From Octopus bimaculoides (lineage: Eukaryota): a stretch of 64,000 nucleotides of DNA. This document shows positions 12,961 through 26,794 of this stretch, one piece after another. The stretch is from NCBI RefSeq assembly GCF_001194135.2, contig NC_068990.1, positions 55,551,651-55,615,650 on the forward strand, written 5' to 3'. Numbering within the stretch: position 1 is the stretch's first letter; each line of letters begins with the position of its first letter. The translations under genes and the position numbers were made by a program. A model generated the notes under the pieces. It saw nothing but the letters and a program-made list of their open reading frames with translations. It made no database searches and was not told the origin of the DNA.

Positions 12961-13906
12961 TCTACTGTCTTCTTCAAGCTTCCGGGCAACATACCTTTGC
13001 ATAGTCTTTTTCTTTTTTGTATGTTGAGTGCTTTCCACCCAGGTCTTCTCTGAGGTAAGAGAGCCCAGCTGTTTTGGGGCTGTATAGGAGAACATCAGGA
13101 AGAGAGTGCTTCTTGAGGAGCACACTGTCAACTCGTACGTACGTATGTATGTATGTATGTATGTGTGTATGTATGTATGTATGCATGTATGTATGTATGT
13201 ATGTATGTATAAATGCATATACACATTTGCACACACACACACACATGTATATATGTATGTTTGCATGTTTGCTTGTGCATATCTATGTCATTTTTGTTTT
13301 ATGATTTCTATAGTTATACCTATGCGCTTTCGATAACACTGTCTCAGTCAACCAGCTTTTATGCTTACGTTTACCTTTATGTGCATTGATGTTTATGTCT
13401 GTGTATGTGTATAACTTATCTGTAATCGCGCGCGCGCGCGCATAATGTGTCTGTCCACATTAGAATTCGGAATTGTTGTCGCTTTAATGGATATGCTTTA
13501 AAACAAATGAATTTTGAATAAAGTTATTCCTACATACATACATACATACATACATACATGTACATAAATATATATACGTATATATATGTATGTACACACG
13601 CAGATGCACACACATATATGGCTATTTTTGTTTACCGCAGACCCGACCAACGCTAACTTAGCAGACCTACGTTGAAAGCCTTTCCAACCGTGACCCATAC
13701 GATGACCTATAGGTCATAATTTTGTGGCTTTCCAACACGATGACGTGACACCCGATCGTCCAGATGAAACCACGGGTCGTGATTTGTAATTTCCATAGGT
13801 TTATAAATTTACGCGCGCGCGCTCACACACACACACACACACATACACACACACACTTCAAAAATCCTGTGGGGTGAAGCACTTTTTCAGGTGTACAGCA
13901 CAAAAG

Positions 13907-13943
<37 letters not shown>

Positions 13944-14168
13944 ATATATATATACATACGCACGCACGCACACACACATATATAATTGTATATGTATGTT
14001 GCAGAAGTACATGATCATGATGATGATAATAATGGTTGTGGTGGTGGTGGTTGGTAGAAAGAGCGGAAGAAGAAGAAGAGCGGAGATTAGTAGATGCTGC
14101 AAGAAGTGACATTGTCAGTTAAGCAATATCATTACATCACGGTTTTCCTCATCTCCCTTTTTTAAAAA

Positions 14169-14217
<49 letters not shown>

Positions 14218-14670
14218 ATTATCATTATTATTATTATTATTGATATTATTATTTAATTAGCGCTACTGTAATTCGGATACATTTTGCCAGTGCAGTTTCA
14301 GCTTTTCTCGCCTTGGCTTTAATCCACATCGTAAACAATTTGACTGTATCTATGCAGCTGTACTGCTATTTAACAGATTAAAATACACGCCGGACTGTTT
14401 ATACATTTCTGAAAATATATAAATATATATCCCAACAGTGTGTTTAATTTTGATTTTGAAGTATCTAAAAAACCTGGAAAAATATTAAGAAATTGAAACG
14501 ATGTAAAAATACAGACGAACAAAGATATCGTACACTAGCAAATACGTGTAAATACATACATGTATGCATAAATACATACATGCATACATACATGTATACA
14601 CATACACATGTCTATACATGTAGATAACATATCCAGTTGTGTGTATGCTCGCACATTCATATGAACGTTG

Positions 14671-14710
<40 letters not shown>

Positions 14711-15021
14711 CTATGCCCGTTAACGTTTTCTAAATTTCAATGAAAGAGCCTTGTTTGACGGTTTGAAAACTTGCTCGTTCACTATTTAATTTACATTTTA
14801 GAAATAAAATCCCGGAAATAAAAAAAAGAAACCCAGAAGACCGCATATGGTTGAAATATGGAAGACTTTTAAAAATATTCTATATGTACCACTTCACCGT
14901 TGTTGTTATCTATAATTGCATGCAGTGGAGAGTTGTTTGTAAGAGGCCAGCTCTTTTCCATTGAAAGAATCCAAATAATTAGAAAAGAAATATAACACAC
15001 ACACACACAGTGAGAGAGAGG

Positions 15022-15052
<31 letters not shown>

Positions 15053-16257
15053 AGGGAGAGAAAGAGGGAAAGAGAGAGAGAGAAATTCACAAAACACATA
15101 CATGTTTACATTATACATACTTAGATAAAAACTTGCTCCTAATCGTACGTACACCTACACTTAAATAGCTTTGAGTCTATCAGCACAAGTATATTAACAC
15201 ACGTACGCATTTCTATACATTCATATACACATATATAAATATGTACAAACATACATACATATACACTGGAAAACAAACATCAGTATTGACACACATATAT
15301 ATTAATACAAGCTAACATATTGGAATACAAAAGGATTAAGATAATAACAATAATAATGATGATAATAAAAAGATAAATAAATACATAAATGATGAAGTCT
15401 TAAAAATATAACATGTCTTGACAAACTAGTGGTGTCCAGGGTTTCGGAATATCCGATAGAAAATGCTGCGTGGAGAAGTCAGATCGGGAATTAATTAAGA
15501 ACACAAAACAATATCCACGAATCCACGACGTACGAGCCCGGAAGACGACGTCAACTATTTCACCGATATGTCTCAAGCATGGTAACTATAACTATGTTAA
15601 CGACAAGCATTTCTCAAAAGTGGAGTATGGTTTCATTAAAATCGCCATTGGTCGGTTCGACATGAAAATAAACAAGATTCGAAAAGACAATGTTTCGAAC
15701 TTCACCACGGCGGTAGTTAATGTAGTCAACAGGATGGCATCTCTTAAATAGAAAACCGACGTTTCTCTGAGAAACATGAATTGTTTTCGAATAAAAACAA
15801 ATTGTTTCTAGAGACAGACAAGCTGTTTCTAGAACGCTAGGTATTCTTTAATGATGGAGATGAATTCGTTGAGTAAGAACAATTACCCTGGAGTTAAGCT
15901 TGACACACAACACCTGCATGAACATATACTTCACAACTCGAGTGTATTCTATATAGGTAAAACGAACTTCTTTCACTATTTTTGTCAGGTTTTACGTTAT
16001 ATCACCCATTTCTACCCGGTTATCTTGTTTTTATTATTTTTGTCTTTGTATCTCTGTTGTTCTTTTACAGACATTTTTGCTAGTATGCATAATTGCAGGC
16101 GATCTGAACGTTCGTGCGCAAAATGATAAATTACATACGTATACGTGCGTCTGTATGTGTGTACATATATGTGTGTATGGTTGTGTATATATACACACAC
16201 ACACCACACATACACACCACACACACACATATATATATATGTATGCATGAGTATATA

Positions 16258-16293
<36 letters not shown>

Positions 16294-16669
16294 TGTATGT
16301 ATGTATGTATGTATGTATGTTCTCTTTCTCTTTTTTATTCAGAATAAATTTTGACTGGCTACCTAGTTTGTAGTAAGTATGTTGTTTAGTTCATCATCCT
16401 TTAAATCTTAAGAAGATCTCGCAGATTTTTATAATCCTAGATATCGGGGTCATTTGTAGCGTATGAAATGAAGATTTGCATTCTCTCCCCAAGAACCCAA
16501 GTTTAACTACACTTTACTCCAAACGGGTTGGTATGTATCCTGTTACTCCAGTAATAATAGGTATGAAGCTGAAAGTGTATGTATGTATGTATGTATGTAT
16601 GTATGTATGTATGTATGTATGTATGTACGTATGTATGTATGTATGTATGTATGTATGTATGTATGCATG

Positions 16670-16829
16670 TACAAACTATAATTAAACGTACGTACATATG
16701 TATGTACAAACTATAATTAAATGTACGTATGTATGTATGTATGTACAAACTATAATTAAACGTACGTACATATGTATGTACAAACTATAATTAAATGTAT
16801 GTACATATGTATGTACAAACTATAATTAA
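16670..16829 (+). repeat. minisatellite: 5 x TACAAACTATAATTAA core with GTAT-like linkers (35-39 bp period)
   Basis: Direct reading. Confidence 0.9.
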
Positions 16830-17147
16830 GTGTGCTCAAACTGTAAACTCATACACAGTTTACAAACAACGTATACGTACTTATTTATAGACTAAAAAAA
16901 AACAAATATCATCTCCACATAAACAAATAAACTACGCATACTTACTCCCTCCTTATACATATGTATATAATACGCACATTTGCATGTGTGTGTGTGTGTG
17001 TGTGTGTTTGAGTTTAGAAGCAGAAGAAATTGAACTCATTACTCAAAGCAAGTTTTTTTTTTGAGTAACCGATAAGTGTACTGGCACGAAACTCTGGGTC
17101 CTTAAATCACAGTAGATTCTCAGCTAATAATAATAATAATAATAATA

Positions 17148-17247
<100 letters not shown>

Positions 17248-17260
17248 TAATAATAATAAT

Positions 17261-17771
17261 AAATGCCCTGATGCAGTACCAGGCAGTGACTCTCATGGCT
17301 TCTGATCTTAACTGATTGGAAGGTGTTATATACATTGTTTTGTCTTGGTATAAAAGATGGGCTACAACAAATATTTTGCTCAATACCACAGATTTCCTTG
17401 TCAGTTGTTTGAACTTAACCAGTTGAGCTTGTTCCTTAGTAGCTGACGATATGTGCACCTCTGACCACGAGGAGAGCATCATAGCCATGTGTTGAAAGGA
17501 ATTCTTTGGGGTTTGGATAATTCACCTTTGGCAACATGGGTGTTTCGTTCAACATCCTTAAACAGCCTTTATTCAGGGACCTTTTGAGCGGGATGGTCTA
17601 TTCAACCTGAAGAAAATTCTGAGTCCCACTTGCAAGGTCATTCGCTGTTTATCTTGCTATGAGATCACCATGTTGCGCACATATAGTTATGATGCATGTG
17701 CCTGGTGTACCCTTATCAAACAGGTAGTCATGATGGGTATACTGGGCTTCGTATATTTTACCCTAGTGTCA
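17261..17771 (+). mobile_element. (AAT)n-associated ~560-bp non-coding element, 3' end truncated by SINE
   Basis: Begins AAATGCCCTGATGCAGTACC directly after (AAT)n/(GAT)n; colinear with 18394-18951. Strand assignment is inferred. Confidence 0.85.
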
Positions 17772-17774
17772 AAG

Positions 17775-18120
17775 ATAGCAATTTTGAGAGAGGAAATGAG
17801 TTGATTACATCAACTTCAGTGTTTCGCTGGTAATTAATTTATCGACCTCGAAAGGATGAAAGGTAAAGTCGACCTCAGCGGAGTTTGAACTCAGAACGTA
17901 AGGACGGGCGAAATGGTTTCAAATTTTGGTACATGGCCGGCAATTTCGGGGAACGGGCTAAATCGATTACATCGACCCCAGTATTCGACTGGTACTTATT
18001 TTATTGATACCGAAGGTTGAAAGACAAAGTCACCCTCGGAATTTGAACTCAGAATGCAAAGACGGACGAAATGTCGCTACACATTTTGCCCGGGGTGTTA
18101 ACAATTCTGCCTGCTCGCAG
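17775..18120 (-). mobile_element. two adjacent family M SINE copies (about 17775-17915 and 17915-18120)
   Basis: Two occurrences of TTATCGACC..GAAAG..AAAGTC..CCTC..GGA.TTTGAACTCAGAA. Confidence 0.8.
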
Positions 18121-18241
18121 GATCCACATTCGGGTTGTCTCTATTTTCAGATCTTTGTATTTCAAGAGTGTCTCTATATATTTTTAGAGATTCATTTATA
18201 AAAAAAACAAAAACAACAACAACAACAACAACAACAACAGC

Positions 18242-18302
<61 letters not shown>

Positions 18303-18343
18303 NNNNNNNNNNAACAACAACAACAACAACAACAATAATAATG

Positions 18344-18388
<45 letters not shown>

Positions 18389-18393
18389 GTAAT

Positions 18394-18951
18394 AAATGCC
18401 CTGATGCAGTGCCAAGCTGTGGCTCTCATGGCATTTGAACTTAGCTGATTGGAAGTGTTATCATGTACGTGTTTCGTCTTGGTATAAAAGATGGGCTACA
18501 GCAAATATTCTGCTCAATACCACAGATTTTGCTTGTCAGTTGTTTGACCTTAACCAGTTGAGCATACCCCTTAGTGGCTGACGATATGTGCATTTCTAAT
18601 CACGAGCAAAAGTAGTGAGGAGCATCATAGCCATGTGTTGAGAGGAATTCTTTGAGGCTTGAATAATTCCCCCCTGGAAACATGGGTGTTTCGTTCAACA
18701 TTTTTAAGCATCCCTTATTGAAGGACCGTTTGAGTGGTATGGGCTACTTGACTTGATGAAAATTCTAACTGGGCCCCACCTGCAACGTTATGCTTTATTT
18801 ATCTTGATATGAGACCACTATGTCGCGCACATATGGTCGTGATGCATGTGCCTGGTGTACCTTTATCAAACAGGTAGTCATGATGGGTATATTGGGTTTC
18901 GCATATTTGTACCCCAGTATCACTTTGATAACATGCGCTGCTCTCTCACTT
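18394..18951 (+). mobile_element. (AAT)n-associated ~560-bp non-coding element, complete
   Basis: AAATGCCCTGATGCAG...CTGCTCTCTCACT with (AAT)n on both sides. Confidence 0.9.
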
Positions 18952-18952
18952 G

Positions 18953-19028
<76 letters not shown>

Positions 19029-19848
19029 TGATGATGATGATGAATTCTTTTATTGGCTATAAGTGCCAAAGACAAGGTGTTGTCTGTGTGTCTGTGTGTG
19101 CGTGTGTGTGTGTTTATGCAGGTGTGTGTGTCTATGAAGCGATGTATGCTTATATGTGTGTATGTATGTCTTTATAAATGTATGTATGTATGTATGTATG
19201 TATGTATGTATGTATGTGTGTATGTATATATGAATGTAAGAGTGCATGAATGTATGTATGGATTTATGAATGTTTGCCAACATCGTAAGAGAGAGATTTG
19301 ATGTGAAAAGTAATTTTTAAATCTGTCAGAATAATGTTAAATTGGTGAATAAACTGTATTTCTCTCATTTATGCCTCCACCACTCTGCCGCCATCACTAA
19401 ATAATCAGTCGCTTATCTATCTGATCTGTGTCGGGTTAGGTCGGCTAATTGTAGAGAAAAACGTCGGAAAACACGGTTTAAACGGCGGTTCTCTATACCT
19501 GCACGTCTGCCGTTGACGGTGATGTATGTTGTTTTTTCCTCTTTTTTTGTTAATTATTTGAATTCTTTCCATGGAGAGGAAGCTTGTTTCTATGGAAAAA
19601 AACCCCAGCAAAAAACAACAACAAAAAACAAAGCTTCGTCGCTAGAATTTGGTAGCAAAAACGATATTACTTGTTGAATTTTAGAGAAGTCTTGTCTATA
19701 TTTACTTCACTATTAAAAGAATGTATTTGTAAAATGCTTCTTAGCTTCTTTCTTTCTTTCACTGAGAATCCTGGAGTATAAAGATTGTTTCATAAGCATT
19801 TACGAACATAGACAAATGAACAAATAATTATTGGAACATAAATTCATT

Positions 19849-19880
<32 letters not shown>

Positions 19881-20051
19881 TGTATGTATGTCTGTATGTA
19901 CGTTTGTATGTATGTATGCATGCGTGTACGTATGTATGAATGTAAGTAAATATGTATGTATGTATGCGTGTATGAATGTATGTATGTATGTATGTATGTG
20001 CGTGTGTATGTATGTATGTATGTATGTATGTATGTATGTATGTATGTATAC

Positions 20052-20515
20052 ATGCTCTCTTCTGTTTTTAATTATTTGAATTCTTCCTCTGAGAAAGGAG
20101 TTGGTTTCTCACAAAGATACAAAGCTTTATCGTTAGAATGTAGATAACGAAAACAATGTCTCATTTTAAACTCGAGAAAAGTCTTGCATATTTTTACTGT
20201 TCCACTTACAGATTGTATTTGTAATGTGCGAGTTAGTTGATTGAATTCGTTTTCTGAAAACTCTAGCTTACCTAAGTTGTTTGTCATCTAGTCATTTACT
20301 GTCACCTGGGCATTTACTGTCACTTAGGCAACATTCTGTTCTATTTTTTGAAATCTTTCTGTAAGGAAGGCGCTGGTTTCTAACAAAAGACACAAAGCTC
20401 CATCTTTGGATTGCAGATAGCAAAAACTGTTATATTTTGAACTTGAGAAAAGTTTTGTATACTTTAACTGTTCTGCTTACAGATTTTATTTGCAATGTGC
20501 GTGTTAGCTGATTGT
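20052..20515 (+). repeat. two tandem units of the unclassified ~250-bp GTAT-associated repeat
   Basis: Similarity to 3243-3490; first unit follows (GTAT)n. Confidence 0.7.
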
Positions 20516-20527
20516 TAGTTCTACATA

Positions 20528-20698
20528 GGCGCAGGCTTGGCTGTGTGGTAAGAAGTTTGCGTCCCAACCATGTGGTTCCGGATCCAATCCCGCTGCGTAC
20601 CACCTTGGGTAAGTGCCTTCTACTATAGGCCAGGGCCGACCAAAGCCTTGTGAGCGAATTTAATAGATGGAAACTAAAAGAAGCCCGTCGTATATATA
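20528..20698 (+). mobile_element. CORE-like SINE (family C), 5' part
   Basis: GGCGCAGGCTTGGCTGTGTGGTAAGAAG...ACCTTGGGTAAGTGCCTTCTACTATAG...AAGAAGCCCGTCG. Confidence 0.85.
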
Positions 20699-20877
20699 NN
20701 NNNNNNNNGCAAGATCCCGACTCACTCTTGTCTGAGATAAGAAAATGGGGCCTTGCATCCCTTCAGGACCAAGTTACATTAATTCACACCAGACAACAAA
20801 CAACAGACAACATTATTAGTTGTACGAAAATGCACTAACACCGGTTGTCAAGCGGTGGTGGGAGATAAACACAGACA

Positions 20878-20931
<54 letters not shown>

Positions 20932-21956
20932 NNNNNNNNNNNNNNNNNNNNNNNNNNNNNNNNNNNNNNNNNNNNNNNNNNNNNNNNNNNNNNNNNNNNN
21001 NNNNNNNNNNNNNNNNNNNNNNNNNNNNNNNNNNNNNNNNNNNNNNNNNNNNNNNNNNNNNNNNNNNNNNNNNNNNNNNNNNNNNNNNNNNNNNNNNNNN
21101 NNNNNNNNNNNNNNNNNNNNNNNNNNNNNNNNNNNNNNNNNNNNNNNNNNNNNNNNNNNNNNNNNNNNNNNNNNNNNNNNNNNNNNNNNNNNNNNNNNNN
21201 NNNNNNNNNNNNNNNNNNNNNNNNNNNNNNNNNNNNNNNNNNNNNNNNNNNNNNNNNNNNNNNNNNNNNNNNNNNNNNNNNNNNNNNNNNNNNNNNNNNN
21301 NNNNNNNNNNNNNNNNNNNNNNNNNNNNNNNNNNNNNNNNNNNNNNNNNNNNNNNNNNNNNNNNNNNNNNNNNNNNNNNNNNNNNNNNNNNNNNNNNNNN
21401 NNNNNNNNNNNNNNNNNNNNNNNNNNNNNNNNNNNNNNNNNNNNNNNNNNNNNNNNNNNNNNNNNNNNNNNNNNNNNNNNNNNNNNNNNNNNNNNNNNNN
21501 NNNNNNNNNNNNNNNNNNNNNNNNNNNNNNNNNNNNNNNNNNNNNNNNNNNNNNNNNNNNNNNNNNNNNNNNNNNNNNNNNNNNNNNNNNNNNNNNNNNN
21601 NNNNNNNNNNNNNNNNNNNNNNNNNNNNNNNNNNNNNNNNNNNNNNNNNNNNNNNNNNNNNNNNNNNNNNNNNNNNNNNNNNNNNNNNNNNNNNNNNNNN
21701 NNNNNNNNNNNNNNNNNNNNNNNNNNNNNNNNNNNNNNNNNNNNNNNNNNNNNNNNNNNNNNNNNNNNNNNNNNNNNNNNNNNNNNNNNNNNNNNNNNNN
21801 NNNNNNNNNNNNNNNNNNNNNNNNNNNNNNNNNNNNNNNNNNNNNNNNNNNNNNNNNNNNNNNNNNNNNNNNNNNNNNNNNNNNNNNNNNNNNNNNNNNN
21901 ATCGAGTAACCCCACTCCCTAAAAACTGCAGGGTTTGTGCCCAAAATTTAAAACCC

Positions 21957-22017
<61 letters not shown>

Positions 22018-22189
22018 GTTTTACTTCTCTGAGTGCTCGATCTTGTTTGCTCTTGTAGATTCTGTGAGAGCAGACAGCATTCTACTGTCAGAGGTCTCAC
22101 AGGGTCTCTTTCCACACATTATAAACTTTGATACTTGGTTGTTAATTATTGTGGGCGACATTCAGAATCCACAATAATAATAATTATTA

Positions 22190-25100
22190 TCCATGTACAC
22201 ACAACAGATTAGACTGTTGGAAAAGAAAAAATCCTAACATCGGGCTACAACAAGTAACTTTAGATGCCAAGAACCCTCCTAAGTATCCTAGCTGTCCCTA
22301 AAAACACTGTTTTCTGCAGCTGTGCTAAACTGAGTTTTATGCCTATTTCCTCTATCCATTTGTTCAAATCTTTAGGGATAGTTCCCAATGCACCTATAAC
22401 TACCGCACTTTCCATAGTCTCTATAAGTCAATGGCTAGGACCTGGTACTTTGTTATTTTTTCTATAGCTCTCATATTGATTTTTTCATCATTTGGGTCTG
22501 TAAAGTCAATCATCAGGCACTTTCTATTCTCTCTGTCTACTACTACTAAATCAGGCCTTCTAGATTCTATTACTCTGTCAGTCCCACAACATCCTATATT
22601 TCTTACTTTCTAGTACTTTACTAGGTTCATGTTCATACCATTTATCAGTATGTCCAAATCCTAGCTCTCTACATAACCCCCAGTGGATTACTCTCCCTAA
22701 GTTGTTATGCCTTTTCTTATATTCTTACTGTTCCAGCATGTTACGTTCACTTACTATATGAATAAATTTTCCTCTATTGATTTACGTAGCCTACATTGGG
22801 AATGTACTTGGTTTTTGTCTATCTCGGCTTTTATCCAATTAGTCCTTAATGCTTGATCTTGTGCTGCCTAACTTTCTGTCTTTTTTTTCAGACTTCCTTT
22901 CTGCAACCATAATCATGTCTAACTACTACTATTTGCGCAACCATATTTGGGAATCTTCTATGCAAAGCCTTCTCCTGCCAGTTAGATAACTTTTTCTTTC
23001 TCTGGTTTTTAGCCTCGTTTGGCTTTTGGTTTCCCTATGCTTTCCTGTGTCTCTAGCAGCTTTTAATAAACGTTTTTCACTATTACCAACATAGGAACCT
23101 ATATCTACTCTAGCTAACTTCACGCAGTCTTCTATTGATATTAACCCTCTTCCACCTTCCTTTCTAGGTAGGTATAATCTTGCTACTCCTGCCCTTGCGT
23201 GGAGTCTCCATTTATATTAAATTCCTTCCTAGTTCTTCTGTCCAGCTTTGGCAATTCAGTTTTTGTCCAATCTACAAAAGCTTCTAAGTATCTAAGTAAT
23301 GATACTAAGCAAGTATTTACAGCCTTCACAAGATTCGGACCATTTAACTTTGACTTCATTAGTTTCCTTACCATTCTGATGTACTCCTCAATTTTCGTTT
23401 TCATTTCTATAGTTAGTACTCTGCAAGATTCTAAGACTCTTAGATACTTATAACTCTCTTCTCCTTTTAATGATTTTAATGTCTGGCCATCTGGTAATTG
23501 GATGTCTTCACTGCTGACTACATGTCCCCTTCCCATGACTAATATTGCACATTTATCTATGCCAAATTCCATGCCTACATCTTCGCCGAAGAGTCTTACA
23601 GTCTGTATTAAGGAATCTATCTCTTTTTCATTCTAACTAAAAAGCTTCAGATCATCCATGTGGAGCAAATGGCCAATTTTGCCCTTACTATCTGAACTGA
23701 TACCCTGCCTTTGCCTTCCTTAATATTAAACAGGGGGTATCAAACATAAGACAAATATTAAAGGGAATAACGAGTCCCCTTGGAAAATTTCTCTCTTGAT
23801 ATTAACTTTCCCCAAGAGTGTGTCACCTAAGTAGAGATCTACTTTCCATTTCTTCATGCTAAATTTAATTAATTCTCTTATTTTGTCTGCAATACTGAAT
23901 ATACTCAAACATTCACTTACCCATGCGTGTGGGATCACGTCATAGGATTTCTTATAATCTATCCATGCTTTTGTTAGATTTTTCTTTCTAGCCTTTACTT
24001 CATTTAGAACTGCTTTGTCTATGTATAATAGATCATGCGTTCCTCTAGTCTTCTTCCTGCAACCTTTCTGTTCTTCTGGCAGTAAATTCTGGTTGTCAAG
24101 GTGCTCGTAAATGCTTTTTGAAAGCATTCCTGTTAACAGCTTCCACGCTAATGGTAGGCACGTGTTTGGGCTATGATTACTAGCTGTATTACCCTTGCTT
24201 TTATCTTTCATAAGGAGTATTGTTTTCCCTCTAGTCATCCAATCTAGTATTATTCTTCCATTAAGGCAATCCTGGAGTTGTTCCATCAGCCTCTCATGTA
24301 AACTACTAAATTCCTTTAGCCAGTACCCTTGAACTAAATCTGGTCTTGGGCCCTTCCAATTCGGCATTTTCCCTAACACTTTACTCGTTAATGCATTAGT
24401 TAGTCTTAGATCTGTCTGCTTCTCACTCACTACTTCTTCTCTCACTTTCTTTGACCATACTGCATCTCCATTATGATTGACTGGTTTATCCCAAATATTA
24501 CTTCAGAACTTTCTAGCTTCTTCTGTATTAAGCTTCTCATCTTCAGAACTTCGTCCTCCAATATTTATTTGGTAATAAAATTTCCTCTGGTCTGTGTCAA
24601 ATAATCTATTCTGTTGATACTGATCTATTCTTTTCTGATATCTTGAGAGCTTACCTGCCACTGCTATGATACGCTGTTTCAACTCTTCTATGACTCCCAA
24701 ATCCTTTCTCTTTGACTAAGTATCTTTTCTTAAGAGAAGATTTCCATCTTGTGTTTCCTAACTTGTTCAGCTTCCAGGCTTCTCTTCTATTCAGATTTTA
24801 TCTTAAAGTCTTCACTTTATTTTGTAATCTCCTTTTCCACATTTGCCCTTTTTTTAATCTTTCCTTGTGGAATATCTAATCTTCTAGTAACCACAACCCC
24901 TCCTGCATAGATCAATAAGTTAGTGTCTCCTATATTTTTAGTAGCTATCCTATTGATAACAGAATTCAGTTTCCTAGTCATATCTAGCAGTTTCCTTCTG
25001 TTAATATCTTTTAATGCTGGTAATCTTTTTCTTACTTCTTTACTCATTACTTCCTGCAACTCATCTAAAATCTTCTGATCTTCCTCACTTAAATCACTTA

Positions 25101-25700
25101 AGTTGTTGGTGCCAGTTGCCCCTTCCTTAGTAGCGCTATTATTATTTTTTTCTTTAGGTTCTTCTTTGGTTTGCGCTGTATTTCTTATGTTGTTGTTTGT
25201 CTTTCCTACTGCCTAGTCTTTCTTTTCCAGTTCTTTTGTGATCTCTTCCACTTCCAATTCTGTCATCCACTTTCTTCTCATAATAGCATTATCTTGATCA
25301 ACCAATCTCTGCTCAGACACTTTGAACATATCCTTCTCTACCCAAAGCGTTAACAACCGTTTTCTATAGCCCTTTCCTCTAGGTTCACTTTCTAAGTAGC
25401 ACTGTATAACTGTTCCGTTTTCTTCGCTGGTCCACTTCCTCCTCCTTACTCTATTATCTGTTGATGCTATATTAGGGTAACAGCTGTGGTCGGTCTGCAT
25501 CTATACTGAACCACTGCCGAGGGAGAGGTTTTCCCTTAACGATCCAGATTCCTTTTCGCTGTTACAATCAGAGTTTCTTCGGAAACTCCTGTCTCTCATA
25601 AACTGAGGTAAGGTAACGTTCGTCACCAACGTCATCACCACTATTATTTTTGGGCACCAGATAGTTTCAAATAACTTTCTGTTCCATCATCTGTGGCACC
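22190..25700 (-). mobile_element. near full-length, decayed R4/Dong-clade non-LTR retrotransposon (RLE type)
   Basis: N-terminal RRRKWTSEEN..CYLESEPRGKGYRKR..VSEQRL (25213-25500); RT (GPRPDLVQGYWLK, CLPLAWKLLTG, EEQKGCRK, WIDYKKSYDVIPH, IFQGDSLFPLIF, HMDDLK, MEFGIDKCA, YKYL); CCHC region at about 22700-22850; PD-(D/E)xK endonuclease RRPDLVVVDRENRKCLMIDF..TKY; terminal LGTARILRRVL. Multiple stops and frameshifts. Confidence 0.92.
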
Positions 25701-25882
25701 TTTGTGCTGCTGAGGTGGTGTGCGTTGCATTTTTTTGGTGGGGGAATATTATATTGCATCAGTACGCTTTGTTATGAGGTTGGTTTAAGTCTTCTGTTTT
25801 TGTATTATGTGTTGTTTGTGCAGCGCAGGTTGCGTTCTCCTGTTGGGTATCGGATTTCTATGGCACACGTTGTGGGCTTTGT

Positions 25883-25943
<61 letters not shown>

Positions 25944-25968
25944 TACTATTATTATTATTATTATTATT

Positions 25969-26709
25969 CAGTAGTTTTATTTTTATAACGTACTTTCACT
26001 TCACTACCGAGCGCAGCTCTGTGCGCCTTGGGTATGTGCTGTGGTTTGCTGTGGTGCTCTTATGTTTACTGTATTGAAAGTGTTTTGCGTAGAATGTGTG
26101 CAGTACCCAGTAGTGCAATTTTCTGTATGTTATATATATTTGTAAGTCCTGGTGTTTTTGTTATGTATTTGTCTGAATATTTTTTTATTATACCTAAGGC
26201 ACCTACTATGATAGGAATTGTTTCTGTTTTTNNNNNNNNNNNNNNNNNNNNNNNNNNNNNNNNNNNNNNNNNNNNNNNNNNNNNNNNNNNNNNNNNNNNN
26301 NNNNNNNNNNNNNNNNNNNNNNNNNNNNNNNNNNNNNNNNNNNNNNNNNNNNNNNNNNNNNNNNNNNNNNNNNNNNNNNNNNNNNNNNNNNNNNNNNNNN
26401 NNNNNNNNNNNNNNNNNNNNNNNNNNNNNNNNNNNNNNNNNNNNNNNNNNNNNNNNNNNNNNNNNNNNNNNNNNNNNNNNNNNNNNNNNNNNNNNNNNNN
26501 NNNNNNNNNNNNNNNNNNNNNNNNNNNNNNNNNNNNNNNNNNNNNNNNNNNNNNNNNNNNNNNNNNNNNNNNNNNNNNNNNNNNNNNNNNNNNNNNNNNN
26601 NTGTTATTCCATAGTGTTGGCATAGCTTCCAGTGTATATAGGTCCCAGCTCTGTCGTGTCTGTGAATATATTCCTTCTTAGCCAGGACTGGGCAGCCAGA
26701 GATAATATG

Positions 26710-26712
<3 letters not shown>
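25969..26712 (-). mobile_element. 5'-truncated R4/Dong-type LINE (second subfamily) between two (ATT)n arrays
   Basis: HIISGCPVLAKKEYIHRHDRAGTYIHWKLCQHYGIT [gap] KTETIPIIVGALGIIKK..KIALLGTAHILRKTLSIQ*. (ATT)n at 25885-25968 and 26713-26792. Confidence 0.9.

Positions 26713-26793
<81 letters not shown>

Positions 26794-26794
<1 letters not shown>

Noticed and set aside
16670-16829. CRISPR-like repeat-spacer array
   Set aside because: The apparent spacers are GTAT microsatellite variants and are not unique.
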